DNA of 64,000 bases. Origin: Octopus vulgaris (taxonomy: Eukaryota). Below the pieces are notes generated by a model. That model saw nothing but the letters and a program-made list of their open reading frames with translations. It made no database searches and had not been told where the DNA came from. The translations under genes were made by a program, and so were the position numbers. Each line of letters starts with the position of its first letter. Position 1 is the first letter of the stretch. The stretch covers positions 25,916,001 through 25,980,000 of the forward strand of contig OX597815.1 of NCBI GenBank assembly GCA_951406725.2, read 5' to 3'. This document shows positions 40,856 to 54,509 of this stretch, in pieces.

Positions 40856-40942
<87 letters not shown>

Positions 40943-41234
40943 TAACTTTCTTTATACATACGTTCGTAAGTACGTATGTCGCCATCACTAGTGATCGCTC
41001 CAAACATCATGATGTTGACTGGATGTTTGATTTTTATCACTCTCGGTACATGTTTTGGGGACACGGCAAGCCCACGGTTGTTCTGCGTGTTCACCATCTG
41101 TTCGTATTGCAGCTTCCAGCGCTAATGTTAAGCAGCACAGCATGTCGTTTCCAAATTTCTGGCTGAGTGAATTGCGTCACGGTGCTGTTTTACTTACAGA
41201 CGGTGCCCAACTGACCCTACTATACTGTGTAGTC

Positions 41235-41288
<54 letters not shown>

Positions 41289-41514
41289 TATGTGGGCACA
41301 GGGCGTCACAGAACATCAACAACATAAAATACGAAAACATGAATTACAAAATACAAAATACGAATACATGGAATATAAACTATTTTTGCGAACAACGAAA
41401 GAAACACAAGCAACACAAAGAACGACCCTTCACAAGTTGTCGGCTGTTTTTCTAATCCGTATTACGAGCAATTCACGGTAAGATAATAACAATGGTAGTC
41501 TGTCTAGGTTTGAC

Positions 41515-42172
41515 AATAACGTCAGTGACGCCAGAGGCGTGAGCGGAACCCAAAGGCGGACGCGCATACGCGGCCACATGTTGGGCACGAGACAGCAGAA
41601 GTAGGGTTGGGGATCCTCTCTTTCCGAGCTGGTCGCTTCTGGTCTAGGCTCTTGAGGCACTTTTCCTCAAAGAGCCTAACACCCTTTTGGACAGCTGGAC
41701 ACCAGGCACCGCGGTCAGAGGCAAGTGATTCCCAGCCACAGGCTGAAATGCTGCAGACATCAAGGGAAGTTTTCAGGCTGTCCTTGTACCACCTCAGTGG
41801 CCTTCCAGGGTTTCTTGCTCCAGAAGCCAGCTCAGAGTAGAAGATCATCTTTGGTAGACGCGTGTCGTTCATTCAGACTACATGTCCGACCCACCGGAGC
41901 TAGGCCTTCATGATGAGGGCTTCGATCCCGGGTATTTCGGCTCTGCGAAGCACATCAACGTTGGAGACTCTGTCCTCCCAGGAAATTCCCATGATTCGTC
42001 GCAAGCAGCGGAGGTGGAACTGGTCAAGTACTCGCATTTGCCTCCTATACAACGTTCACGTCTCACAGCCGTAGAGCATAGAGGTGATGACGACTGCCCT
42101 ATAGACTGCCAGCTGGGTGGAAAGTCTGATGCCTTGTTCGGCCCACACACGTGTCCAAAACGCCTTCGATAA
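41515..42172 (-). mobile_element. RTE-clade (BovB-like) LINE, 5'-truncated 3' end
   Basis: VYRAVVITSMLYGCET, RLPKMIFYSEL..GRPLRWYKDSLK..DRGAW, and C-terminal CPTCGRVC zinc finger. Confidence 0.9.
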
Positions 42173-42913
42173 AACAGTTGCTCCCACAAAGCAAATTAAA
42201 TATAATTTGGGATTTTGCGGAGGGTCAAAATTGATAGCAAAAACAGGACAGTGAAAACAAACAGGAAGGGCTGCTAAGAATAAACGAGGTGAGGAGGCGA
42301 ACGCAGAGGAGTAAGGTTGGGCAGAGACATGCAAGAATGCGCCTGATCTCAGAAGCTGAATCAGAAGGAAAGAAACAAAAGTTAGGAAAAGAAAGAAAGA
42401 TGGCCGATGGTCATATGGGAGCAATGAGAGAGCAAAGGAGGAAGAGTGAGGGAGAGTGTGTGACTGACATTTCTATGTATGTATGTATGTATGTATGTAT
42501 GTATGTATGTATGTATGTATGTATGTATGTACGTGTATATATGTATACATCGCTATTCTCCACGACAGTAACTACATTTTCTGTCTTTTTGCTTCCTCCA
42601 TTTTTGTGTTTGGACACATATGTAAGTATATATGTATGTTTGTATGTGTATGAATATGTATCTATGAATATAACAGGCTTTGCATTTGTACAGAAATAAA
42701 TGCGTAGATATTTACGTTGTTGCATGAAGGTATTACGTACAAACAATATTGCTGACTAACAACTGTTTTTCCGCCCCACTCACCGCCGCCTTCAGGCTTA
42801 TTCTTCCATTCCTAAGAGAGTTGAGTATGATATGAAGGAGATTTGGTTTCTATTTCTACCTAACCGCATAGCCACCATGTGTATCTCTCATTAGCTTTTA
42901 TATATATGTATGA

Positions 42914-42983
<70 letters not shown>

Positions 42984-43049
42984 GTATGTATATGTACATA
43001 TATATATTTATATATATGTGTGTGTGTGTGTATGTGCGCGTGTGTGTGT

Positions 43050-43591
43050 ATACGAGCAAAACGCCCCCGTCCAATGGTCGGTTCTGAGTTGTCAAACGTT
43101 TAAACCAAATATTCTCAAAACAACTTGTCCGACCGTCCCATAGGCCTCACTTTCGAGAAATACTGATTTAACCTAAATTTGAGATACCAGCAAAAGAAGA
43201 AATAAAGATAGACTTTTATTCTATTCCAAAGATAATCGATTTTATTCACACAAATATGCAACCAATGAGTTTAAAGTACCTGTAATGATAAGGCTGCTGA
43301 CTGGGAGAGTACAAACATGGTTTAAACAGTAAGCTTGGCAGGAAAGAAACGTGCCTTTAACCAGTACAATAACAACAAAAATGGAAGGTGCAGTTATGTA
43401 CAGGTTGACGGAAGAAAAGCACGTTCCCACAGCTTTATCGATCGCTTTCTCACCTGGAATCGATTTTTGTAATTTTTTCAAGACTTATACACGTCCTGAT
43501 ACCATCGGTATCTACATATCAAATTTAAACGCAATCGGATGGAAGATACTCGAGGTCCTAGAAGACACACAGAGAGACAGACAGAACGGAT

Positions 43592-43600
<9 letters not shown>
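43050..43600. mobile_element. Probable Helitron-like non-autonomous element
   Basis: Ends ...CAAATTT..GCAATCGGATG..ACAGACAGAACGGATTATATATA, similar in layout to 45720-46040. Confidence 0.35.
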
Positions 43601-43658
<58 letters not shown>

Positions 43659-43687
43659 TACATACATACATAAAAAAATTTTTTTAG

Positions 43688-44035
43688 AATAAGATAAAAA
43701 AAACAAGGCTGTGAAAATTTTAGAACATTTATAAATAGGTCTTACAGCTGTTTCCAGGATATTTATTATATCCCTTCATCGGAGACGGTGTGAGAAGGTG
43801 GTTAAGCAATAGTTACTTTAAATAAGATGCGAAATAGAGAGTGAAGTGGGTGAATGAAAACAGATGTTGAGATATGCAGGGATATTGCATATGTAGATCC
43901 ATTATTTAAGCAGAATGGTATACATTTAAGATTCCAATACCTTGTGAGTAAAATTCTTATTCGCATAATCACCGAACCTGGAGCTTAACTATGGTCTATC
44001 CATAGCACTTACTCAGCATACCTGACACCATTATC
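43688..44035 (-). mobile_element. Hammerhead-bearing non-autonomous element (separate family)
   Basis: Hammerhead ~50 nt from a T-rich 3' end that faces the (TA)n at 43592-43655; 5' boundary uncertain. Confidence 0.55.
43739..43786 (-). ncRNA. Minimal type-I hammerhead ribozyme, core variant CCGAUGA
   Basis: Minus strand GTCT-CCGATGA-A-GGGATAT.AATAA.ATATCCT-G-GAAA-CAGCTG-TA-AGAC. Confidence 0.75.
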
Positions 44036-44057
44036 TCTCATAACCTCTCTCTCTCTA

Positions 44058-44260
44058 TGGCCGCGTGTGTACTGTTGGCGATTTTTTCCCTCCGTCTTCC
44101 CTTCTCTGGATCTTTCCTTTTCCTATGTTTCTGACGAAGAGCTCCGCTCGAAATGTGAAACCCTCCTTCTTCCCTTCCTTCCTGAGCGTCCAATAATACT
44201 ATATTTGTTCCACGTCCTCGCGTTGTTCTGTTTTCTCTTTGTGTTTTCATGTTTGGATTA

Positions 44261-44265
<5 letters not shown>
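44058..44265 (+). mobile_element. Hammerhead-bearing element family A, second copy
   Basis: Homologous to 1729-1938; ends in (TA)n. Confidence 0.85.
44127..44161 (+). ncRNA. Minimal hammerhead ribozyme (stem III and cleavage site mutated)
   Basis: GTTT-CTGACGA-A-GAGC.TCC.GCTC-GAAA-TG-TG-AAAC. Confidence 0.65.
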
Positions 44266-44321
<56 letters not shown>

Positions 44322-44346
44322 ATATATATCATGATAAAAATAGGAG

Positions 44347-44414
<68 letters not shown>

Positions 44415-44669
44415 GCCAAAACGAATTTCTTTGTGTCAGTGTGTCACACTTTGACCCCCTCTCTCCCTATTCAATGACACTTCTTCTATTCCTCTTGCTG
44501 GGGTGAGAATAATAGTAGGCATCGAGACGGTGAGGGCAGTAGTAGATTGACAATACATGAATGTCATTATTGGGTTCAAGACCCAATGAAGAGTCCTCCA
44601 CAAGAACTAGCTTATAAGCCGCCCCGATACACATTTTTTTCACTTATTATATATATATTCTTTTATTGT

Positions 44670-44997
44670 TTTCTTTTATTTGTTTCAGTCATTTGACCGC
44701 AGCCATGCTGGAGTACCGCCTTTAGTCGAACAAATCGCCCCCAGAATATATCCTTTACAAACAGCCAAGTACTTATTCTATCGGTGTCTTTTGCCGAACC
44801 GCTAGGTTATGGGACATAAATACACCAACATCGATTGTCAAGCGATGGTGGGGGACAAACACAGACACAGCAATATATATATATATATATATATACCACG
44901 AGCTTCTTTTAGTTTCCGTCTACCAAAGGCTTTGGTCGGCTCGAGGCTATAGTAGAAGACACTTGCCCAAGCTGCCACGCAGTGGCACTGAACCCGG

Positions 44998-45000
<3 letters not shown>
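44670..45000 (-). mobile_element. SINE family B copy
   Basis: Family motifs on the minus strand. Confidence 0.85.
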
Positions 45001-45041
<41 letters not shown>

Positions 45042-45636
45042 GCACTCATAAACACATACACATATTCAAGTAAAAATATTAATATCTTTTTACACGCATA
45101 TTGCATAATATTGCGATATATGAGTACGAAGAGTGAGAGAGAGTGTGATAAATATATATACAGAGTTTACAATGAGAAAAACGTAAATGAAAGAGATAGA
45201 CAAATAAAGAGAGATATCTTTTGCGTTGCTGTCACGGATTTTGAAATTTTAAAATTAAGTGAAAAATTTGAAATTGGTATATTGATGTACTTGTTTACGC
45301 TGAATCCGATTTTAAGATTCATTTATTCCAGAATTTATTTTAGAAAAATGCTGCATAGTTTTAAAGTTTGATAAGTTTTTACCAAACCAGAAAACAAATT
45401 TTGGAAGCTAGTATTTACTGCGTGATAGCTGCCTATCATAAAATAAAAGTAAACATTACAGCGACGAAGTTTTAAACAAAATGAAAGCAATGACATGTCA
45501 TAGCAAAAGACAAGGAGGGGACAGCATGCATGCGCGATATCTATATACAAACAGAGAATAATAACGGGTATGGTAAATGTACATAAAGAGGGATAAGGCA
45601 TAAGAGAGAGAGAGAGAGAGAGAGTGTGTGTGTGTA

Positions 45637-45685
<49 letters not shown>

Positions 45686-45717
45686 GAGAGAAACTGATGG
45701 AGACAGATAGAGAGATT

Positions 45718-46040
45718 TGTCGATCTAAAAGTAAAAATTTTGCATTATGTAGCTTGTTATTCTCTTTATGAGAACATTTTTCTGGTTGAAATACACGGAA
45801 AAATGACGACAGAGCAGTCAAAAAATCGTAAAAAATAGGGATTTTCATAGAAAAAAGCACCTTTTTGATGTAAATAATTTTTGGTCTTAACATGGTCCAA
45901 TTTGAATTTTTTCTTCTACGGAAAGAAGAGCAAGCCTTCTGCTATCATACTCTCAATTTTGGTCAACTTGCGGAGGAGAGAGTGTTAGTTGAAGGCGACC
46001 AAACCTGCCATACACAGACAACTTCAGCTTTATATATAGA
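45718..46040 (-). mobile_element. Helitron-like non-autonomous element, 5' part
   Basis: Minus strand starts TCTATATATAAAGCTGAAGTTGTCTGTGT (5'-TC terminus); homolog at 47735-48035. Confidence 0.6.
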
Positions 46041-46301
46041 TGTAAAATCTATCGTATTTGTTTCATTAGATTTTTATGTTAGAAAAAGTAGCACGTGGGG
46101 AATTTTTTCCGTTGTTTTCTTTTCTTTTACATATTATTATGGACAAACGAATGATTAACAGAAGACAATATCTATTTTTTCTGATGTTATACGTCAAAAC
46201 AGAAGCCTACACTCACATAAGCGTACCACAGTATGGTCGCGGTCGTATGACTGAAACAAGTAAAATATATATACTCAGACACAGACTTACAGACACACAC
46301 T

Positions 46302-46332
<31 letters not shown>

Positions 46333-46477
46333 CATACACAAACACACACACACACTGACGTGTTGCCGTAGTTAATTTCTAATTTTTCTGTAAAGACATC
46401 TTTTATTGTGATGTTATTTCAGTTGTTTTTGCAATCGTTTGGGTTTTTTTTGTCATAGTACTGTTGACTCTCTCTCT

Positions 46478-46523
<46 letters not shown>

Positions 46524-47734
46524 CTCATAGTAAGATAAACTATATTAACAGAACAGCAGAACAATATAAAAAAAAAACATAGTTGGAAGCCAAAAGATCC
46601 AAGCCTCTTAAAATCTAGAATTCAGGAGATGAAGCGAAATTTTGTAAGTAGAAGACATTCGCCATTTTCTAATGACATAGATTATGGATGAATAATTTCC
46701 CCAACAATCTAATTAAAGACGTCATTACTTTACGAACTATAAAAGAAAGAAAGAATTTATTTACCTGTTCTTATACCATGGTGAAGTTACAGACCGTACA
46801 TGATAGAGGAAGGGTTAAAGCACGACGCTGAAACAAGCAGTAATGGAATTTCCAGAAACTCCAGAAGTCTAGAAGGATTGGGTTTACAATATAAGCCATG
46901 ATCATACCAAGGAGGCAGCTACACAAACGATTCCAATATCACCACTGAAGAAAGCAAATAGTAATGAGGGAATTAAGAAAGTTAAAGTTAAATTTGACCC
47001 CAGCAGTAGAAAAGAGTAACCAGTTGAAAGATGTGCAATCAAGTACTTTAACAGATCCAGTTCGCAAATCAGAAGTAAAAGTCAAAGCTCCTACATCAAA
47101 ACTAAAAGCAAAGACACCAAAAGAATAATTTTCGATTCTTCGCTTCGTTTTTCTTGAAGATCTAGGAGAAATCTTGCGTGGTGCACCAGATCTTATTCTG
47201 TTTTCAACAGTTCCCCGATTTTTTTATATCTTTGAATAAATGAAGATATGGTAGAAAATGGAATACAAAGGGTCTCTCATATTTTCCTGTAACTTTTACC
47301 TCTTTTCCACTGTTGAATAATTAAGTTTTTCACTGAATTTGTGAGTTCTTTACTATTCGCCATTATTACGATACTACTTTATGTTGTCTCGGTGCTGAAT
47401 GAAGACGCTAGCGTTTTGACACTTAAAAATGACAACTGTTAAGATTATTGGAACAATAAGAAAAAAATTATTTCAAGTAAGAAAAAAATTATTTTAATAG
47501 TATTTTAGGGTATAGAAAATCATAAATTTATTCTGTACGAATACTTTTTTCACCCCTAAATATTTATAATTGAATATGAATTCCTTAGTTACTATAATTT
47601 ATTAGTTTCTTTAGCATATTCTTAATTTATACATGTGTATGCAAATATAGTATTGGTATATTCCATTTATGTTCATTAGAAATTAAATAGATAAAGAATT
47701 TTGACATTTACGAATATTTATTTCCCCCCACTGC

Positions 47735-48035
47735 ATATATAAATAAAGCTGAAGTTGTCTGTGTGTCTGGCAGGTTTGGTAGCCTTCAACTAACACTATC
47801 TCCTCCGAGACCCTGCGGCGCGAGTTGACCAAAATTGAGAGTATGGTAGAAGGCTTCCGTAACAGAAACAATTCAAATCAGACCAAAAATTATTTACATC
47901 AAAAAGGTGCTTTTTCTCTATGAAAATCCCTATTTTTTACGATTTTTTTGTCGCCATTTTTCGGTGTATTTCAACCAGAAAAATGTTCACTTTTCAAAAA
48001 TTCCAATTCTAAAAGGTCGAAAAGAATTTTTTCTG
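47735..48035 (+). mobile_element. Helitron-like non-autonomous element, second copy in opposite orientation
   Basis: AAAGCTGAAGTTGTCTGTGT..GTTGACCAAAATTGAGAGTATG..TTTCAACCAGAAAAATGTTC shared with 45718-46040. Confidence 0.6.
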
Positions 48036-48071
48036 ATATATATATATATATATACATAGATATATATATAT

Positions 48072-48550
48072 ACTTAGATAAACTTAGATATGTTTCGACC
48101 AAAGATTGGTCCAGGCCATGTCTAACTTAATAGCACCACCTGACAGGATTATTTGAATCCAGTTTAAGTCAAGTTTTGTTTATGCTCCATTCAAGTAGTA
48201 AGTTTTTGTTGGGTGAGTTGTATCCAATTATGGGTGGCTTATCTGGTATTCCTTGAAGGAATCTATCCAGACTCCGTTTAAAGTTGATGGGATCTTGTTC
48301 CTCTTTGATCTCTTTCGGGACAATGTTAAATAAGGCAGGGCCTGTTGAGGAAAAGAAATTATGTTGTAGTGTACATGTATGCTTTGATCTTGAATTGGGC
48401 AGGGGACGTATGGCCCGTGGTCCCAGTCTTGGATGAAACTTGAAGCTAATGTTCAGGTCGTTTGGGCAAAGTTGGCGGTATATTCTCCACATCGTACAAA
48501 TGATGTACCGCTCACGGCGACGCTGGAGAGAGTAGAGTTTCAAGGCTTTA
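48072..48550 (-). mobile_element. CR1-group LINE 3' end (5'-truncated)
   Basis: LKLYSLQRRRERY..FFSSTGPALFN.VP..FKRSLDRFL C-terminal motif, short 3' UTR, tandem TCTAAGT tail. Confidence 0.8.
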
Positions 48551-48817
48551 TATATATATATAGTCATCTAATGAAGAAATGGATTAAGGCTCAGGGTTCA
48601 AAAATCAGTATGCCATGATGGAGGTGAAAAAAAAGAATTGCAAAATGAATAGGGAGGGAGGGAATTTAATACTGGATTGTGATTTGTCGCTGATAGCATT
48701 GATTGTAGTGGCGGCATGATGTGACTATTCCAGAATAGAAACGCCATATTTGAGTGTATGTGCGTGTGCGCGCGCGTGTGTGTGTATCTTTATACATATA
48801 CATGCATACACACATAT

Positions 48818-48884
<67 letters not shown>

Positions 48885-48887
48885 TGC

Positions 48888-48935
<48 letters not shown>

Positions 48936-48969
48936 GCATACGCATGATATGATATATGAATAAATAAAT

Positions 48970-49206
48970 GGTAAGTAGCTTGTTTACAAACCACATGGTT
49001 CCGGGTTCAGTCCCACTGCGTGGCACCTTGAGCAAATGTCTTCTATTATAGCCTCGGGCCGACCAAAGCATTGTGAGTGGATTTGGTAGACGGAAACTGA
49101 AAGAAGCCCGTCGTATATATGTATATATATATATGCGTGCGTGTATGCTTGTGTGTCTGTGTTTGTCCCATCCAACATCGCTTGACAACCGATGCTCGTG
49201 TGTTTA
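48970..49206 (+). mobile_element. SINE family B copy (well preserved 5' half)
   Basis: GGTTCCGGGTTCAGTCCCACTGCGTGGCACCTTGAGCAAATGTCTTC..GGTAGACGGAAACTGAAAGAAGCCCGTCG. Confidence 0.88.
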
Positions 49207-49752
49207 TATATATATATATATATATGCATGTATATATATGTGTATATATATATGCTCGTATATATAATATGATATACATGATATTATAAACACACACACA
49301 CATATAAAGATATATATATTTACACACACGTTCAAGTTTTCGTGTATCTTATTAATTATTTGGCAGAATGAGAGGAAGGGTAGCTCCTGCAACCTTTTTA
49401 AGACCTCCCAGAAAACAAAGCATCTTTCAAAGATGTTAATGAGAAAGAGGCAACTCGATCTGGATATGTGTGGGCAATATACATTTAAAACTTAATAATG
49501 CTATACATAAAAAAAATACACATATATGCATGTACACATGCATACATACATAGATACAAACATATACATACATGCATACATACATACATGCATACGTGCA
49601 TACATACATACATACATACATACATACATACATACATACATACATACATACATACATACATACATACACGCACACATAGCATATTGATATTTGTATGAAT
49701 TTTCTTCCCGATATACAAAAGGAAAAATCAGGATAGATTAATACGGATACAT

Positions 49753-49791
<39 letters not shown>

Positions 49792-50015
49792 CATGTACAT
49801 ATACACACACACCCACAGAGGGAGAGAGAGAGGGGGGAAAGAGAGAAGATAGGCTTGAGTGGGGGAAATCCAGGCACATAGACGTAGAAATTTATAAATA
49901 TGCAATATCAATATACAAGTTGATAAACTAAGAAAGCTAGATAAATACACACATATCTAGACAATAGCAAGACATAGGCTGATATTATGTATGTGTGAAT
50001 ATGTATATATGTTTG

Positions 50016-50058
<43 letters not shown>

Positions 50059-50298
50059 AGAGCGAGAGAGAGAGAGAAGAGGAAGGCAGTTAGCTAGTTT
50101 AAAAGATAGATCAATTGATTGATAGATTGATAAACGGCAAGATACATACAAAGAGAAAGGAAATGTCACAAATGTATGTATATATTTGGAAATAGTTCCG
50201 GGCCGGGCTTTAATAAGTCAGTAAGCGCCGGCTGTTGTTTCATCTCTGGTGCGGAATGGAAACGTTTAATTCTTCACCACTTCACCTTACTTCACTTC

Positions 50299-50370
<72 letters not shown>

Positions 50371-50371
50371 A

Positions 50372-50403
<32 letters not shown>

Positions 50404-50570
50404 GTTTCTCTCTCTCTCTCACGCACACACGCACACGTTCACTCTTATAAGCAAACATCTCTCACCCTCTTCGACATATATTAACGCCCCCTTGTTTTGA
50501 TTTTCTTTCGTATTATGGATATGCAAACGTATATACATTTATGTATGCATATATATATGTATGTATTATG

Positions 50571-50621
<51 letters not shown>

Positions 50622-50882
50622 ATACATATATATGTACATGTATTTATATATATATATATATATATATATGTACATGTAAATATCTATCCATCTATCTATT
50701 TATATACCTATCTATCTATCTATCTGTCTATATATATGTAAATGTATATATATGGATGGATGTACACATACATATATATATATATATATGATTATTATAT
50801 ATATATATATTTATGTATCCGTACATATATATATATACACATATATACGTATGTGTTTATATGTAAGTATATATATATGCAC

Positions 50883-50942
<60 letters not shown>

Positions 50943-51694
50943 CACACATATACATACACATAAGTATATATACTACATTATTTTCATTATTGTCATACAT
51001 TTTTAAATTTAAACGTATTTTTGTTTTGTTTTTCATTTAATTTTACATCAATTGCGATAGGTTAATTTTTTTGGTTAATTTTGTTTAAAATTCTTGCTTC
51101 CTTTTGTTTCGATTATTTTTTTTTTTTGTCGTTTCGCTTTTCTCTTTTCTTTCCACCATTTTTTTAATTGTTTTTTTGTCTTTGTTTTTGTCGTTGCTTT
51201 ATTGTTTAAATTGTTTGTTTGTTTGTTACGTTCTTTTATCATCGCCTTTCATATTGCTGTGTTCTTTGTCTCGCTTGTTTGTCTTCGAGTCACTGTTGGT
51301 TACACAACACTGCACATCATGCTGCGCTTGGTTTATCCTCTAATAACTCTATACGCCTTTTTCTCATTAACATCTTTCAGCTCTGCTTTGTTTTTCTGTT
51401 TAATACTTGTTGTTGTTGTTGTTGTTGTTATTGTTGTTGTTTTGAGTGTCTTTCATTTTGGATTTTTTTTTTTTGTTATATTGTGGAATTTTTTTGTTTA
51501 GCTTTTTTTTTTCTTCTTCTTTCCAATTTTCATTTTGATTTTTCAAATGTAAGAAAAATAACAACAACAACAACATCTGTGACAAACTCAACGGGTAACA
51601 ACTGAAATAACAGCTACAACAACAACTGCAAATGAAGTTAAGGAAGAATAACAACAACAATAACTTTAACAATTGGCGATACGATGCTTTGCTC

Positions 51695-52033
51695 GTAACG
51701 ACGATAACGACGATGGAGATGATAATGATGATGATGATGATGATGTTGTTGATGGTGATGATGATGAGGATGATAATGATGATGATGATAATGATGATGA
51801 TGATGGTGACGACGACGATGATGGAGTCAACGATGACGGCGACGACGATCATAATGATGATGATAATGATGATGATGATGATGATGATAATGATGATGAG
51901 GGTCAAGGCGATAATGGTGATAATGATAATGACGACGACGATGATAGAGTTAACGATGACGACGATGATAATGATGATGATAATGATAATGACGACCGTC
52001 AAGGCGATAATGGTGATAATGATAATGACGACG

Positions 52034-52064
<31 letters not shown>

Positions 52065-52110
52065 AGAGGATTAGGAAAAAGATGATGACAAAATTGATGA
52101 TAATTCTAAT
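51695..52110. repeat. Degenerate (GAT/GAC)n trinucleotide array with internal duplication
   Basis: GTCAAGGCGATAATGGTGATAATGATAATGACGACGACG occurs twice. Confidence 0.85.
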
Positions 52111-53165
52111 AGCAGTGGCGCCTGTGATGTGGCTGTAGCACTCTGTTGCCAATGATGTTGTTGGTGGTGGTGGTAGTAATGGAGGCAGCAGCGGTGCTGT
52201 CAATGGTGATACTGGTATCGGCGGTGGTTGTAGTGGTGGTATTGTTGATAATGATGCTGATGGTGCTGGTTGAAGTGAGTGTTAGTGGTGATGATGGGAT
52301 TGGGAGCGGAGGCTCGGTGGGTGGCGGTAGGAGTGATTAAATGGAAGTACTTCCGAATTACATAAATGGAATGAACAAAAACAAGAGCATGAACAAATAT
52401 CCAGTTTGTAATCCAATGCTTGTTGTTGTTTTTTTAATCAGTTTTTGTTTGTTTTTTTGTTTTTTTTGCTATCTGATTTTGCTTTGGTATCTTCATTTAT
52501 TTTATTATATGTTATTATTCTGTGATGTCCCCGGTTCGGAGAAATCGTCACGCTAGCGTGACACTTTCAACTGTTGGAAAAAACAACAAGCTTTCTGGTA
52601 AAAGAATAGAAAGGAATAAAAAAAAAAAATAATATATAAAAATAAAATCAAAAATGAAGAAATAATGATTAGTGGGTGGGTGGGGAGGAAGAAAAGTAAA
52701 AATAATACAGTATAAATAAATAAAGGCAAAAACAACAACAAAAATAATAAAACTGAAAATATAAAAAATAAAAAATGGATATTGAGAGTGAAAACGGTAA
52801 CAACTTGAGATCGAAACATGACTCTTCGCACATAAACTATGCTAACAGTAACAATAAACTTGCTTCGGTATTTAGAGAAAAATAAAATAAAATAAACGGA
52901 ACAGTCCATCCACATAAAGTAAATTCATTTTGGAGAATCTTTCTAAAGGGAAAGAGAAACAAAAAGAAGAAAAGAAAAGAAAACAAATTGGCTTGAGATT
53001 TTTATAGGAGGCGGGGAAGATAATATATTTATTTAAATCTTTGAAATAAATGGTGGAAAACATCGTATATTTGTTTGTGCGTGTGTTTGTATGTATGTGC
53101 GTGTGTATGTCTATGTATGTATGTATATATGTATGTGTACATGTACATGTATATATATATGTTTT

Positions 53166-53231
<66 letters not shown>

Positions 53232-53304
53232 CATATATATATGTATGTGTATTTATATATATATATATTTATTCGTATATACACGCGCACACACATACAC
53301 ACAC

Positions 53305-53392
<88 letters not shown>

Positions 53393-54310
53393 ATACATGT
53401 GTGTGTGTGTATGTGTACATGTATATGTATGTGTCTATGCATGGTTTTCTGTACATATGAAAAGAAAAAAATATTAAATAAGTGAATGTATTAAATAGAA
53501 TCAATGAATAAAAAGACTGAATGAGCAGTAAAAAGGAGTAAAAATTAAAAAATGACAAAAGCAATCAAGAGACAAATTAAGTTTCTTTATTCTGATTATT
53601 TTTTCTTCCTTTCTTAGGTTTTCAGTTTTGTTTAAACACGATTGACTTTAAAAAGATTCTTGTGTCCAAAGGCTTTCAGTGAGAAAATGACTTCAAACTT
53701 TCAATAACAAAATAGAAAGAGGATCTGATGAAAGAATATATTTTTTCAAAAGAAATTGAAGGGCAGACGACAGCTTTGAAATGGCGGTGGGGAGATTCAA
53801 ATTTTGGACAATAGGGAGCATTTATTGAAAATATTTTCTGTTTAGATGTAGACGACCTCATTGGCAAAATCAAATGAAAGAAATTTCTTTAATATTCTTT
53901 TGTTAAACCGATTTCATATACATACATACATACATACATACATACATACATACATAATAAATACATATATGTGTGTGTATGTGCGTGCATATTCATATGC
54001 TTGTACACGCACATAGCACATATATATATATAAACATGAACCCGCACCGCACACATATAGCTGAAACGATTGATTTAATGATGAGCTGGAAAAGTTTTAT
54101 CAATAAAATCAATGTTTACGATCCGACAATAATCGGACAGTCTTACTTTACTGAAGTGTTAACGTACTTGTTTCAAGTGCATGAAATAGTGAGATCTTGT
54201 TTTGAGTGAAATCTATTTTGATTCACTGTCTCGAAATGTCGCCCGCTGGTCATAAGAATACTTCCTCACCTTGTTATAGCACGCCCACGTACGTGCACTC
54301 ACACACACAC

Positions 54311-54362
<52 letters not shown>

Positions 54363-54509
54363 GCACGCACGCACACACACACACACACACGTACACACAC
54401 ATACACACACACACAAACTCTCAAACACATACGCGCGCTCTCATATAGTAACACATAATGGTGCACTCATATACACATTATACAAACTTATGTTAGCATA
54501 CGTAAATAA

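Noticed and set aside
41290-41510. (TA)n-adjacent fragment with minus-strand CTTGTGAAGGG resembling a decayed CTGATGA-A
   Set aside because: No downstream GAAA or stem III found; may be a related element but a ribozyme is unsupported
47395-47425. CTGAATGA-AGACGC.TA.GCGTTT-TGACAC hammerhead look-alike
   Set aside because: Both core boxes are altered and no stem III is present
51632-52340. Asp-rich ORF resembling an acidic biomineral protein
   Set aside because: Degenerate (GAT)n array, open in several frames, with no signal peptide
53725-53760. CTGATGA...GAAA hammerhead-like words
   Set aside because: No convincing stem I or III and wrong spacing; likely chance
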